Source of the DNA: Mobula hypostoma
Taxonomy: Eukaryota
Reading direction: 5' to 3'
NCBI RefSeq assembly: GCF_963921235.1
Contig: NC_086097.1
Coordinates: 210,368,001-210,432,000 of the forward strand
DNA: 64,000 bases
The notes under the pieces are model-generated. The model searched no databases and was not told the DNA's origin. It saw only the letters and a program-made list of their open reading frames with translations. This document shows, one piece after another, positions 37,975 through 51,319 of the stretch. The first letter of the stretch is position 1. Each line of letters opens with the position of its first letter. The position numbers and the translations under genes are program-made.

Positions 37975-40520
37975 CATTATCAAGTCAAGTGACATTTATT
38001 GTCATTTAACTACATACATGTATATAGCATATATAATGTATATAGAAATGAGACGGTTCTTTGAACCAGGGTGTAAAATACTAACACTAACACACAATAA
38101 CTTAAGGAGGTAAGGATAAAATCTACAGATGAATCATACATAAATAATAAACTAAAGTGCATTAATATTAAATATTGTAAGGTACAGAACAGATTAACCA
38201 GTGACATTTTCAATACGATGCAGCCAGGAGTTTAGAAACATAATGGCATGGGGAAAAGAAACTGTTTCTCATCCTGACCATTCTTGCTTTTATGCATCGT
38301 AGTCTCCTGCCTGACGGTAGAAACTCAGAGGTTGATGGATATGTGGGTGGGATCCTTAATAATACTAAGGGCCCAGCATATGCAGTTCTCCTGATAAATG
38401 TCCCCATTGGATGTAGGGAGACCCCTATGATCTTCTCAGCTGCTCTCACAGTCCTCTGTAGGGACTCCAGTCCAATGTTTGACTGCTCCCATATCAGATG
38501 GAGAGGCAACTTATCAGATGCTCTTAATGGTGCTCCTGTAAAACGCAGTTAAGACCAAAAGATATAGGAGCAGAATTAAGCTATTCAGCCCATCAAGTCT
38601 GTTCATCATGGCTGATCCCGGATCCCACTCAACCCCATACGCCTGCCTTCTCACCATATCCTTTGATGCCCCCAGCGATCAGGAAACAATCAACTTCCGG
38701 CTTAGATATAGCCACGGACTTGGCCTCCACCGCATTCCACTGATTCACTAGTCTCTGGCTAAAAAAAATCCCTCCTTACCTCCATTCTAAAAGATCGCCT
38801 CTCAGTTTTGAGGTTGTGCCCTCTAGTTCTGGATAACTCCATCATAGGAAACATCCTCTCCACATCCACCCTATCTAGTCCTTTCAACTTTCAGTAGGTT
38901 TCAATGCGAACTTCACACATTCTTCTAATGGTCAGCCATTCCCTTATCCATGCCAGTATCTTTCCTGTAACGCCATAGGATTTTATCTTGTTTAGCAGCC
39001 TCATGTGTGGCACCTTATCTGAAAATTCAAGTAAATGAATCCACTGCCTCTCCTCTGTCCACCCTGCTTGTTACTTCCTCAAAGAATTCCAACAGATTTC
39101 CCAGGCAAGATTTCCCTTTACAGAAACCATGCTGACTTTGACTTATTTTATCATTAATCTCCAAATACCCCCCAACTTCATCTTTAGCAATACTCTGACA
39201 CTTTCCTAACCACTGAGGTTAGAATAACCAGCCTACAATTTCCTTTCTTTTGCCTTCCTCACTTCTTAAGGAGTGGAGTGACATTTGCAATCTTCCAGTC
39301 CTTTGGGACCAAGCCAGAATCAAGTGATTCTTGAAAGATCATGACCAATATATCCATTATCTCCTAAGCAATCTCTCTCATGACGCTGGGATGCAGTCCA
39401 TCTGGTCCAGGTGACTTATCCACCTTAAATCCTTTCAGTTTGCTTAGCACCTTTTCCTTTGTAATAGCAATGGCACTCACTCCTGCTTCCTGACACTCAT
39501 GGAGCTCTGGCACACTGCTAGTAGACTGATGCAAAGTACCTATTAAGTTCATCTGCCATTTCTTTGTCCCCCATTACTACCTCACCAGCATCATTTTTCG
39601 GTGGTCCAATATCAACTCTCACCTCCCTTTTTATATAACTGAAAAAACCTTCAGTATCCTGCTTTATATTATTGGCTCATACTTCATATTTTCCCTTATA
39701 GCTTTTTTAGTTGCCTTTTGTTGGATTTTAAAAGTTTCCCAATCATCCAACTTCCCACTCACTTTTGCTACCTTATATGCCCTTTCCTTGGCTTTTATGT
39801 AGCCCTTAACTTCCCTTGTCAGCCATGGTTGCCTATCCCTGTGATTTGAGAACTTCTTCCTCTATGGCACATCTATCCTGTGCCTTGTGAACTATTCCCA
39901 GAAACTTCAGCCATCTCTGCTCTGCTGTCATCCCCTCCAGTCTCATTTCTCTGTAATTCCCTTTATTCCAATGCGATACTGATACATTTGACTTGTGCTT
40001 GTCCCAAGACTCCCAAAATGGGGGTTGGGAGCCTTGCTTGCCTCAATTCTCTTAGGAAGTGGAGGCGCTGCTGTGCCTTCCTTGTTCAGGGAGATAATAT
40101 TAAGTGACCAGGTGAGGTCATCCGTGATGTGAACTCCTAGGAACTTGGTGCACTTAACTCTCTAGTCAGAGCAGCCATGTATTCGCAGAGGGGACGGTTT
40201 GCACCTTCCTGAAAGCCACAATGATTTCCTTTGCCTTCTCCAGGGACAAGAGAAGTTACTGCTCACAGACTGACTGTGGCCTTACTCTTAAGAAGTCCAG
40301 TATCCAATTGCAGAGGGAGGTGTTGAGACCCAGCGAGGACAGTTTCCCCACTAGTTTGTGGGGTACGATGGTGTTGAACTAACTGAAGTCTATAAACAGC
40401 AGTCTGGCATATGAGACCCCATTTTCCAGGAGGGACACGATAGAGTGGAGGGCAGAGGCTATTGCATCATTAGTGAATTGATTTGAGCGATAAGTGAACT
40501 GGGAAGGGTCAGGATGGTGT
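37975..40520 (-). mobile_element. Cluster of Rex-like (37975-38550, about 39990-40520) and CR1 (about 38553-39985) fragments
   Basis: LQRTVRAAEKIIG, LPSGRRLR..RMRNSFF and KVDKSPGPDGLHP; CR1 3' UTR at 38553. Confidence 0.75.
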
Positions 40521-41269
40521 GATATTCAAAATGCAGAGATGGACCACAGAAAGCAACAGAACAGTGACAATAAGAAGAAAAATTGATGAAATTTTCCTGT
40601 AGGGTAGGTAACATGATTAACATAGTCATCGATGTACAAGAGATGAAGGAGAGAGACTGGGAATCAAAGAAGAAATTGTGTACTGAAAACACTTCACTGT
40701 CAAAACATTCATTTCCAGATTTTTTCATTATCACTTCTGGAAAGTACCTGTCTTCAATATTACGCATATGCTCACCTGCATTCTGCAAAACTCTATGCCA
40801 TTCCTCCAGTTTCTATCTCTATTGGATACATTCCAATAATGGCCCATTCAATAACTGCTTGTCCTTTTTTCCTTCAATCCCTTGTCCAAGTCAGAATTCT
40901 GTTTACTTGATCACATCATTCTTGCATCTATTAAAAGGAGTATCACTGCACTAGTGTTCGGATCTGAGAATTATAGAGAATTGGTGCATCCTAAAGCCAA
41001 TCATACATTTGTTTCAATGTAAGCACTTGAACAAGCATTCAACTTCAATTAATTTACATCTCTCAAGAGAAATGTTTCCACAATCTTTGTGCGGTACAAG
41101 AGTTTACATATAAAATGCTCCTAAACATAAATTTACTGCTCTGATTAAAATTCCAGTGAGCACAGCAAATTTGACAATGAGTTTTTCTATCATGACTGCA
41201 GCCTTGGTATTCATGGATTGCCTTATATGCTGTGCTGACATCAACAATCAGACATTACATTCACAAATT

Positions 41270-41446
41270 TTTATTCAAAATACATGTTTTTTTGGCCAGC
41301 CATTTTAACTACTGGGGCAAAATAGTTTTATACAATAGAACGTCATGCCTTTTGAAGGAAAGGGAGTTCAATCTCAAATTCCCTTCCTCTGCATAGTAAT
41401 TAACAAGTAACTCCATCTGAATTTCTCATTCATTTAACATTTTATT
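41270..41446 (-). promoter_or_regulatory. Candidate polyadenylation signals of the SDR16C5-like gene
   Basis: AATAAA on the minus strand at 41441-41446 and 41270-41275, 370-540 nt past the stop codon. Confidence 0.4.
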
Positions 41447-41815
41447 ATTTTGTGCTTATATTCCAGTTTTCTGATTTTAAACTGTTATCATTGTTAAAAT
41501 GAAACTATTTCCTCAGCTTAACAAAGCACAAAAGGCTACAAAAATACAGCCAAGTTACAGATTTTCTCAATGTGTTACTTTATTAAGATTTACTTATAAA
41601 ATGAGACTTCATTGCCTAATATTCTGTAATAAGATTATTGTTTTCCCACAAACTTGAAATTATCTGTAAACATTGATTTTGAATTGCAATTAATATTTTA
41701 AGTTGGTGCAATTATAGCATGGTAAAATAACATCAATATATTGCAATGATATTTTACTGCACAATTTCCTTCCAAACATAAAGCAGTTACTTTTAGCTTA
41801 CTGCTGACGATCACA

Positions 41816-41909
41816 TCAATCTTTCTTAACGCGTCCCTTAAAATCATCCACCATTTCAAAAATGCCAAAGTACCGTCCAAAAAGAGTTCCAACTTTCATT
41901 GGAAGAAGG
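41816..41909 (-). CDS. SDR16C5: SDR16C5-like, last coding exon
   Basis: AG acceptor at 41911-41910, then (N)LLPMKVGTLFGRYFGIFEMVDDFKGRVKKD and TGA. Phase matches the previous exon. Confidence 0.85.
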
Positions 41910-43495
41910 CTATTTAGAAAAAAAGCAAAGAAAAAAGTTAACTTTTCTTCTCACAACGTTAAAGCAGTCATGAACTTGAAATAAAAACTATATGCTGGAA
42001 ATACATCACAGGCCAGAAAACATCTGAGTAGAGAGAAGAGTTGATTTTCAAGCTGAAGACTTCTCAGAGTTTGGAACAGTTCGAGATGACACAAGTTTTA
42101 AGCCAAAATGTAGAGGAGAGAAGAAAATGGAAAATCTGTGATAGTATGGAGGCAAGGAAGAAAAGAACTGACAAAAATGATATTGCAACTGGCTGTGTTA
42201 AAGACCTTAAATAACAGAAGGTACTTTCAGGGGTGGTGCAAGTAGGCAATGAATGAAATCTGGAATTTCAAGAGAGGAACAGTTGAATGTTTACAAATGT
42301 CTCCAACATTCAAAATCAATTAAAATGTCCTATAAAATGTTTTTTAAAACTTGTAACAGCAATACTGAACTTTAGAAAACACATTTTGTAAACTTGATTA
42401 ACTCAAAACATGACCTGAAATTACTTCTCTCTCTTGTAGCTGTTCCTTTCCATTCTAACAAATTGCAGACTCATATGTCCCAATATAGCAAATCAGAGGA
42501 AGTTAACACTCTGTCATTAAGGGTCGGTTCAATGATAGAGCACACTTGAAAATCTTCTGGTTAACAACTTTGAAGTTTAGGACTTCCTAATGGCTATGAT
42601 TGTCTTGATTTTCTTAGTTTTATTGTCAGTGAAATTGTCTTGATGTGCCAGTTGAAATAAATGTAACTTCATTCACTTTGCAATCAAATACACATTAAAA
42701 CTCATTTTGAGACACAAACTTACAGGGTAAAACCCCAGTCAGAAATGAAGGGATATTTAGAATGCTATCCTCACATAAACTACTGATCTACTTTAAGTGG
42801 ATGCTGAACCTCAGGTCAATTTGTATTTTATAGAATGTATATTTATTTGTAGTGTTTGACAAATATACTAAATTCAATGCAAATTTTACTTATTTTCTTT
42901 CTAAATGGAAATTGGGCATTCTTGGTGAGCTTGTATGCGTTGTTCATGGTTGTTAAGCGTCATTTGCTCAAGATCTTAAATGTTAAAATAGCTTCTGCAA
43001 AAGAATAAGTTTAATTACAGCAAAATTCTTTCTTTGATTCTGCTTTAAATCTTGTAATTAATCTGATAGCATTAATTTTGTAATTTGCTGACTTTGCATG
43101 TCAGGCATATTAAACAAATGTTTTTTCATCTGTGCCAACAAGGTTTAACAATTACGGGGCAACATTATATGGTGCTATAGTTTGCATTATAGTAATAAGC
43201 CAATTAACTAACTTTTTCCAACTGTACAGATGCATTTAGCTTCACAGCAAATGATGTAATTACATAGTTTAACTATTTAATTATGCACAAACTCCATATA
43301 CAGGGATTACATCAGCTACTCAAAATTTTGGAATTTGTTACACATTGACTGAATGCTGTATTCATATACTACTATGCAACAGATATTACTTGAAATCTTT
43401 ATCCAAAATGAAAAGAATTCAGTACATAAAAATATTCACATTCAAGAGTTAAGACTATTTGCATTAAAAAAGTGCTGAGATAAAATTATATTTAC

Positions 43496-43621
43496 TTCTT
43501 AATAGCAAGCATGAAAACCAGGCTCCGTGGCATCACAAGGTATACTTGTTCCTGTAAAATAGCATCTGTAATCCTCTTGGCAACATAGTGTTGATTCAAA
43601 ATAGGAATAAAATTTGGCCAC
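43496..43621 (-). CDS. SDR16C5: SDR16C5-like exon (126 bp)
   Basis: ag|G TGG...AAG AA|gtaaat; (K)WPNFIPILNQHYVAKRITDAILQEQVYLVMPRSLVFMLAIK. Confidence 0.9.
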
Positions 43622-45404
43622 CTTTACAGAAAGAGGGATGTAAATGTAAATTAGAATGCAAAGGCACTACTTAATTGTTCAAAATTAACTGTAATAAAAA
43701 ATTCTCAAGTAACCAATCAAAATAATTCATTATAAATTCTTCAAGCATGTATTAAAATGCATTTTTGTCTAAGATCTACTTGCAGAAAACAGTAATTATT
43801 TTCCTGCCTGTGGTATATCTATGTGAGTATAGTAATATATCTGTGATATTAATGGAAGGTGTGCAAAAAGGACTTGAGGATTTGGTTCGAATAAACAGAT
43901 GAACAAATGGGCAATATTAAAGTGTCATCACCGCAAAAAATGTAAAGCCTCTCAGAAAGTCATCAACAGACAACATTTCTTATTGGCTGAGATAAGTAAT
44001 CACTTAAATCTAGGCATAAAGCTAGATGATATCCTAAATTTGACATGATTATTATTCAGAAAAAATTCTCCTTATTGGGATTTCCTGGTTTTCAATTTTT
44101 CTGCCTCTTCAGGTATTACATAGTCAAGAAGGACGGGAGGTACAGACTAAGAATGATGTTCTCACCATCATCAGCAGGATTGATACCCAGCTGTGCTTTT
44201 CCTGCCCCAAGAACAAGACATTTAATATTTTTATATGTTAACAGTCTAGTCACCTTTCCAGCTCCAAGCTTTGTCACAGAATCATAGAGCACTACAACAT
44301 AGCAACAGGAGGTTCAGTCCACCTACTCTCTGCCAACCTATTAATCTAGTTCCATATACCTTCAACCTTGGACAGAGCCCTCCACACCCATCTCCTCCAA
44401 CTGCAATCGAACCCAGATCCAGCAGCTCCTTCCACACTTGCACCACCCTGAGAGTGAAATTCCCTCTCAGGTTCCCCTTTAAATATTCCATCTTTCATCC
44501 TGAACCCTATGACCTCATTTAGTCTCATCCAACCTCAGGGTGGAAATTCAGCTTGTATATGACCTTCAATTATATATACCTCTATCAAATCTCACCCCCC
44601 CCCCCCGTTCTCCTATGTGCTAGGGAATGAAGTTCTAACCTATTCAACCTTTCCCTGAGTCCTGAATGCTCAAAATGTGACAATTTCTCTGCGTAAGTAG
44701 AGGGAGTATGTACTGTGTATATTTTCTTTAGGATGCTTCATAAACAGTAGCCTGATCTAGCATGTTGCTTGAGTATCCCAACAGTGCATGATAAAGACTG
44801 TCCTCAGGTTTATTTATTTATTTAGTTAGTTTAAAAACACAAATAAAAATGTCATCAAGGACACCTGTAATACTTTGGTTGTCTTGAAAGAGACCATAAA
44901 CCCATTTAAAAAAAAAACAAATTTTAACAATTCCTTTTGAGTTTCTTTTTCCCCCCATAGAAAACAAATTGACATAGTGAATTGTCAAATTTTATCACTG
45001 AAATCCAACTCTCATTCTCCTATCATCCATAGTTTATTCTCATCCTTAACTAAACCAGCAATTGCCAACAATCCAATCATTTAAAAAAAAATCACTCATT
45101 GATACTACTTTATCTTTGCTTTGCATTCCTGCCTTTTCTTCTACCTAACGGAAAACTCTGTTTGCATCTATCAGTTTAAAACTCTAACATGTAAAATTAT
45201 CCTTTGAATTTTGTGTCTCAGCACTTTTATTTGAGATAATTCAAATTTAGTATGTGTGAAATATTTATTAGAAATTACAAAGTTAATTTTCAATGTTTCA
45301 GGACTGTATAATTTGAATAACTCATTCCATAATTTAGAGACACTCTACATACTTAGCTTGGCCCCATATTTAATGAATAAACATAGTTACTTAAATAAAC
45401 CTAC

Positions 45405-45549
45405 TTGGTTTTACATCCATCAAACATGCCAGTGTTTACGAAGTATGGACAAACAATGGTCGTTTTGATTCCATTTTTTTCTGAAGCAAGCAATTCTAGT
45501 GCAATAGATTCAGCAAAACCAATTGCTGCCATCTTGCTTGAACAATAAT
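45405..45549 (-). CDS. SDR16C5: SDR16C5-like exon (145 bp) with the catalytic YxxxK
   Basis: cag|AT...AA|gtagg; (D)[47 protein letters not shown]. Confidence 0.93.
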
Positions 45550-45730
45550 CTGCAAGAGAAGAAAGGAACACTGTTTACCAACACTTCTGAATACTTTCCA
45601 ATGTTTAATAACTTTGAAGTCAGTATTACGATTCTAGTAACTTCATATTGAGGAGATGTATTTAGGAATTCTTCAAAGTTTATTTTATACCTTCAAGATA
45701 AAAAAAAGTACAAGAGTTTACAACAGCAGC

Positions 45731-46047
45731 GGTGATTGATAAGTTCGTGACCTAAGGTAGAAGGAGATTAATTATTAACTTCAAACTTTCTTCATAATCA
45801 CTCAAAGAGTTGACCTGCACGTGCATGTAATGAGAGCTGACTAGCTCATCTCCTTGTACCCTAGGCCACGAACTTACCAATCACCCATCTGTGAACACTT
45901 TCAGGAAGTCTAAGATCCATATGCTCCACGACCGCTGGACTGTGTGTGTAAATGTAGGAGGGGACTATGTTGAAAAATAAATGTGCTAGATTTTCTAAAA
46001 TTGACTCCTTCTACCTTAGGCCACAAACCAATCAATCACGCCTCGTA
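45731..46047. mobile_element. Tc1/mariner-like non-autonomous element (MITE)
   Basis: ggtgattgataagttcgtgacctaaggtagaaggag at the left is matched by inverted copies at about 45850-45885 and about 46005-46045. The element ends at a TA. Confidence 0.7.
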
Positions 46048-46084
46048 AAACTTTGAGAAACCTCCATCATTACATCCTGATGAG

Positions 46085-46630
46085 TAAATTGACTGGTTGC
46101 ATCATTTGGAAACATCAATATCCTTGAATGAAAAAGCCACAAAAAATGGTGGATACTACCCAGTCCATCTCAGGTAAAGTCCTCCTCACCATTGAGCACA
46201 CTTATAAGGAACACTGTCACAGGAAAGAAGCACCATCCTTGCATGCTCTCTTCTCGCTGCTGCCTTCAGGAAGGCACTGGAGGAGCCTCAGGTCCCACAC
46301 CATCAGGTTGAGGCACAGTTATTACTACCCAACCATCAGGCTCTTGCACCGGAGAGGATAACTTCACTCGTCCCATCACTCCACTGTACCCACAACCTAT
46401 GGACTCACCTGCAAGGACTCTTCATTTCATGTTCTTGATATTTATTTTTTATTCCTTTTTTGTATTTGTGCAATTTATTGGCTTTTGCACACTGGTTGTT
46501 TGTCCATCTTTGTTGTGCTTTTTATTGATTCTATTTATTTCTTTGTATTTACTGCAAATGCCCACAAGAAAATAAATCTCAAGGTAGTATATGATGACAT
46601 ACATGTAATTTGACAATAAATTTACTTTGA
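46085..46630 (+). mobile_element. Rex/L2-group LINE 3' fragment
   Basis: HALFSLLPSGRHWRSLRSHTIRLRHSYYYPTIRLL plus a 3' UTR ending aataaatttactttgaac. Confidence 0.75.
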
Positions 46631-49439
46631 ACATATATACATGTTGCAATAGGTATTTTGCAGCATATATTTTTAGTAAGAGTTTATATATACACTCAAC
46701 TGCACATTTTGTATCCAGGTGGTGTACCTCATGAACAGCCATTTTTTAATGATGTTATGGATCATTTTGTGTTGAAATTTCTAGGAAATTAAATCATTAG
46801 CAAAAAGATCAAACATGCAGGTGAAAAATTGTAAACTGAAATCTGGGATGAATGCTGCATTGTCTCTCTTGTGGAGGCTTTTCTATCGCTTGCATAGTGG
46901 GTCATAGTTACTGATGTGGGGAAGGGGGACGGGGCGGGTTGATGCTTTGCTGATGCTTGTGTGTGGGAAGGGGGCTTTGGGGTTCTAATGTTCTAAAGTC
47001 ACTCATTCTTTGAGGAACTCTTCTGTTTTCACAGATGTCTGCAAGGAGCACGTAGTATATTGTGTACAATCTCTGATATTACATTGAACTATTGTCCAAT
47101 AGCCAAAAGGGTCTTCACCTCAATGCTCTGCTGCATTTGTGTGATAAGCTTATGCAATATTTGGATTTGTTGTAGCATACAAACATACGAAGTGAGATTT
47201 AGCCACTAAAAGCTGTGGCATTGCGAGTAAGTATTCTTTAATGATTGCTTACGAGCAGGATGAAATACAAGTGCCGTCGCTCCTTTAATTTGGAGTACAA
47301 ATACAATCTGGTTTGAAAATAAAAAGGTATTCCCTGCTTAAATATCATGCTTCCTTTTCCACTAAAATCAGCAAGAGCAGATGGAGATGGATGGAGGTGC
47401 CCATGATATTCTGTTCTGAGACTACTTCTATTCACCATCTACATCAACATTCAGAACTACCGGTCAGCGGGACAGTGGGATTGACATTTAAGGGAAAAAA
47501 TGTTCTCATGTAAGGGTGCTCACCAGCAAGACTGTCATTTACTTGTCAAACCTAGCTAGGAAGCTGTGATGAACTGCACTATTAAAACGCTGCAGCTCGT
47601 GTAGAGAAGATACTTCCAAAAATGCAAATAAGAAATTCCATTATTTTCAACAAGCACAAGGAAAGAACATCAGTCCCATGTCAGTAGGTTTTATGACTTA
47701 GAGGGTTTTTTTTTCAGGGGGACTTGTATATGATGTTTTCATGCACATACTATTTCTGCTTTTTGGTGGCATTCTCACAACTATGGAATATGCTACTAAA
47801 GTCTTGGCATGTTGCTGCAGTGGATTCTATAGACGATTCAGACTCCACTAAATGTCCACCAGAAATTGAAGGACTTGATATTTAAAACAGTGATGGTGCA
47901 TCAACTGCTTTGTAGATTTAGGTACTGAGACCAGTTTAGTTTCTGAAAAAATAATGACAATGGTAATATCACTATATATAGTTGAGATTCTCTTCTATTG
48001 GAGGAGCTCACCAGCTTCTGCATGGTGTAAAAGTTACTTCCAACCCAAACCTGTATGTTATTTACACCGTGCTGCATGCAGGCACAAACTGCCTTATTCC
48101 TGAGGAACTGCGTATGGAAATGTAGCTCATAGTAGTGGGAAGCGCACCATAGGATGCAGTGCTGAGAGATTACTCTCCGCAATCCTAGGTTGAGTTGATT
48201 GGCGTTCAAGATTCTTTTATATTATCAAAGAAAGTATAAATTATACGACAATAAGATTTGCTTGCTCACAGGCAGCCACAAAGCATGGAACACAAAAGAA
48301 TCCAGTTAAAGAAAAAGAAAGAACAAAAATTAAAGCAAAAGACAAACATTCGACGCGCAAGAGAAAGAAAAAAAAATCATGCAAACAATTGCAGCGAACA
48401 AAGAACCCCAGTTACTTATTTTGGTGCCAGGCATAATTTCAACTACTGCAAATTAAACCCACTCCTCTTACAATGGTTTTAGAACGAGAAAAAAGATCCA
48501 GATATAATATTTATAAATTAATTATTTTTATAGTTGGGTTTGGTAACTTTGCCCATCTGGAAACAAATTCCCTTTGTCTCAGGCTTCAATTGTCTAGAAC
48601 ACAGATCATTTCAACCCACTTCCTGTGATAGTGTAAAACAAAAGCCATTTGTTGGCATTGGAGCTGCTCTCACTTAAAGTTGTACTTACATTAGTAGAGT
48701 TAGAAGGACTATGTAGGTCCACCTTAGCATACATTACTTGAGGAAAGCGTGCAAAAAGGAAGCTTGAAGCGGTGCTATTTTTTAACTCTGAGGGGATTAC
48801 CCACCATTGAAGCAAAGTACATATATTATTTATGGGTTTCAATCATACTTTAATTATATCAAGTACTTAAAAAGCTTGCAATTATATATCTAGAATAGTC
48901 CAGCCTTTAAATGGCAATTAAATGGGTTTAAATTTGTTGTCCAGCTTCATAGTAAAGTAATTTTCCAAAGTCTAAAGTTTATGTCGAGGTTAATGTTACT
49001 CATCATTCTAATGATGCATATCTGACATCAATTTCTGGAGTGTGCTCGGGCAGTTCAACATGGAAATCTACATGTTTGTATTAGAGAAACCCTGCTGCTA
49101 CATAGACTGTCCCACTGCAGTACCATTAATGGATAAAGTATTAATACAGAATCTTTGGCGTAACCTTGCTGTACTTGCTAACTGGTTATGCAATAAACCA
49201 GATTGGGGTCACTGCAATAAAGTGATTGTTTTTACATATAGAATAATGTTCATGATTATAAAAAAAAAAGAGCAGCATCGCACTTCCGTTTAGGAAAAGC
49301 AGCAGGAATTTCACTTTGGGAAATGTATGAACAGACCACAGCATAGAACCCAACAACAAACTTACTCTGCCTCAGAGTTCACATATTTCTCTAAACATAA
49401 TGATAAAGGAACATCATCAGTAACTGAAGTGATTCTTAC

Positions 49440-49539
49440 CTGCCAATCCATTTACTGGAAAGTAGCCTGCTGAACTGGCAATGCTAACCAGATGGCCATG
49501 GTTACTGGCAATCATTGCAGGCAGGAATGCTTTGTAGGT
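49440..49539 (-). CDS. SDR16C5: SDR16C5-like exon (100 bp) with the catalytic Ser region
   Basis: tag|ACC...G|gtaag; [33 protein letters not shown]. Confidence 0.93.
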
Positions 49540-51319
49540 CTAAAAATATATAACCTCAGAATTACAAAAGGAACTATAACTGACTGTGAAATTTATAAAA
49601 ATTATTAAGAGGATAATGAGAAGATTAGCACATTTGAAAATTGTGTGGACAATCACTTATCTGAATATTGACATTAATTACCATTAAATGAGGGAAATTG
49701 AAGTGTAAACTGTCAAATACAGAATGGGTTAGTGCATTATAGGAATCCAGTAATTAAAATATACAGACCAAGAGGAAATATAAATCTACATTATTTGCAT
49801 TTGAGAGATGCAGATATTGAACATATTAAACATCTCATTCTTCAGACCTAACTCTATCATTGTTATTCTTTTTGTCTAAGCTTTTAACAAATACTATTTG
49901 TTATGTACATTTATTTATCCAAAGGTACACTTGCAGCTAAAACAGGCAACAAAACCAACATTAATTCCTAAGCCAGTTTTTCTTTTAATGAATCATGTTT
50001 TTCAAGTAATACGAAACAGGTTAGGGTGCATAGGGACGTAAAGGCAGATCTGTATCTCCCAAATTCAGTTCAATAATCTGCAATTTCGGGGTCCAAAGCC
50101 AGGGATTGGGAGTTAAGTATTTGGGACTGAGAAGAGGACATCATTCAGATGGTTTTGAATCATTGCATTTATAAAGATCCTTGTGCAAAGAACTACATGG
50201 GAGACAAATGTATTTGAAAGAAAACATCATTTTAAAAGATGAAGCAGACTTAATGGACCACAATGGTTGATCATAATTCTATTACTTCCATGGATCAAAT
50301 CGTGAGAAACACAACCTCCACAATGTTTCTCTGCAGGCCTACACTGAACCAAATTCAGGATATCTTCTTGGTGCCTGGACACAGCTCTTAAATCCTAATT
50401 TTAAAAAAATTTATAGAATATTAATAATTCTGAACAATGGTGATCAGTTAAATTAATTTAGTTGTTAGTAACTTTCTATTTCTATTAATAAAATACTACT
50501 TAAGCATTTGTCAATCAGTATATCTGCTCAGTTTGCAATTCAACCCAGTCACGAAAACTTTGACTAGAAAACATCAACAATGCCAGACTCAAGGCTGCAG
50601 CTTTTAAGAATAAAGTTATTCAAAAGCACAGAAAAACAAAGTTGCAAGATTTGTTTTTTGAGAAATCGGGAAAACAATTTGAAAGAAACCATAGAAATAA
50701 AGACCCCAAGTGCCTTACTTTAGTGAGGCACAGGATAGCCAATATCCCCTACAATTATAAAACCCCCCGAACCACACTACCTGCACTTTCCACATTAGCA
50801 TCAGTATCACTATTGGGCTGGGGGAGGGGGATGGGAACATGTTGGAGAGGCAAGACTCAAATATTCAAAGAAATTTCCCATACACATTAGGAAACCTCTA
50901 ATGACTGATTCAAAGAAGCCAGTAGTTTTTAGTTGGAAACATAGGCTAAAAATGATAGACAGCTCAGTCTGTGTTACCTTGTATGATTAATTTCTGCCTG
51001 AAACATTTTCCAAAAGGAAGTTACAGAATTGAACAGCTATTAATTTCTACCTCATAAAACTCTAAAATATTTGTTCTAATTGAATCCAAGTGTTCTTTTC
51101 TGCTGTGCATAGAATTTCAGTACGTGGAACAAATTCTTAGCATAGTGGTGGAAGAACAAGTTTCCTGAAGGAACATTGACAAATAAATTCATAGTGACTG
51201 CACTTATGACAGAGGATAATTTGGACAGGCAACGTAACTGAAAGCTTCTTCAAACTTAAGGATGTCAATTTTGATAAATTTGGTGGAAACAGAATCCTCA
51301 CTCCTACATTTGTTTAGAA

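Noticed and set aside
40459..40954. Overlapping 109-aa and 123-aa ORFs downstream of SDR16C5
   Set aside because: No recognisable domain or exon structure; they partly overlap a LINE fragment.
13460..41000. CHCHD7 exons, expected tail-to-tail with SDR16C5 from mammalian synteny
   Set aside because: I found no twin CX9C-encoding exon by eye. Short exons could have been missed; TBLASTN with CHCHD7 would settle it.
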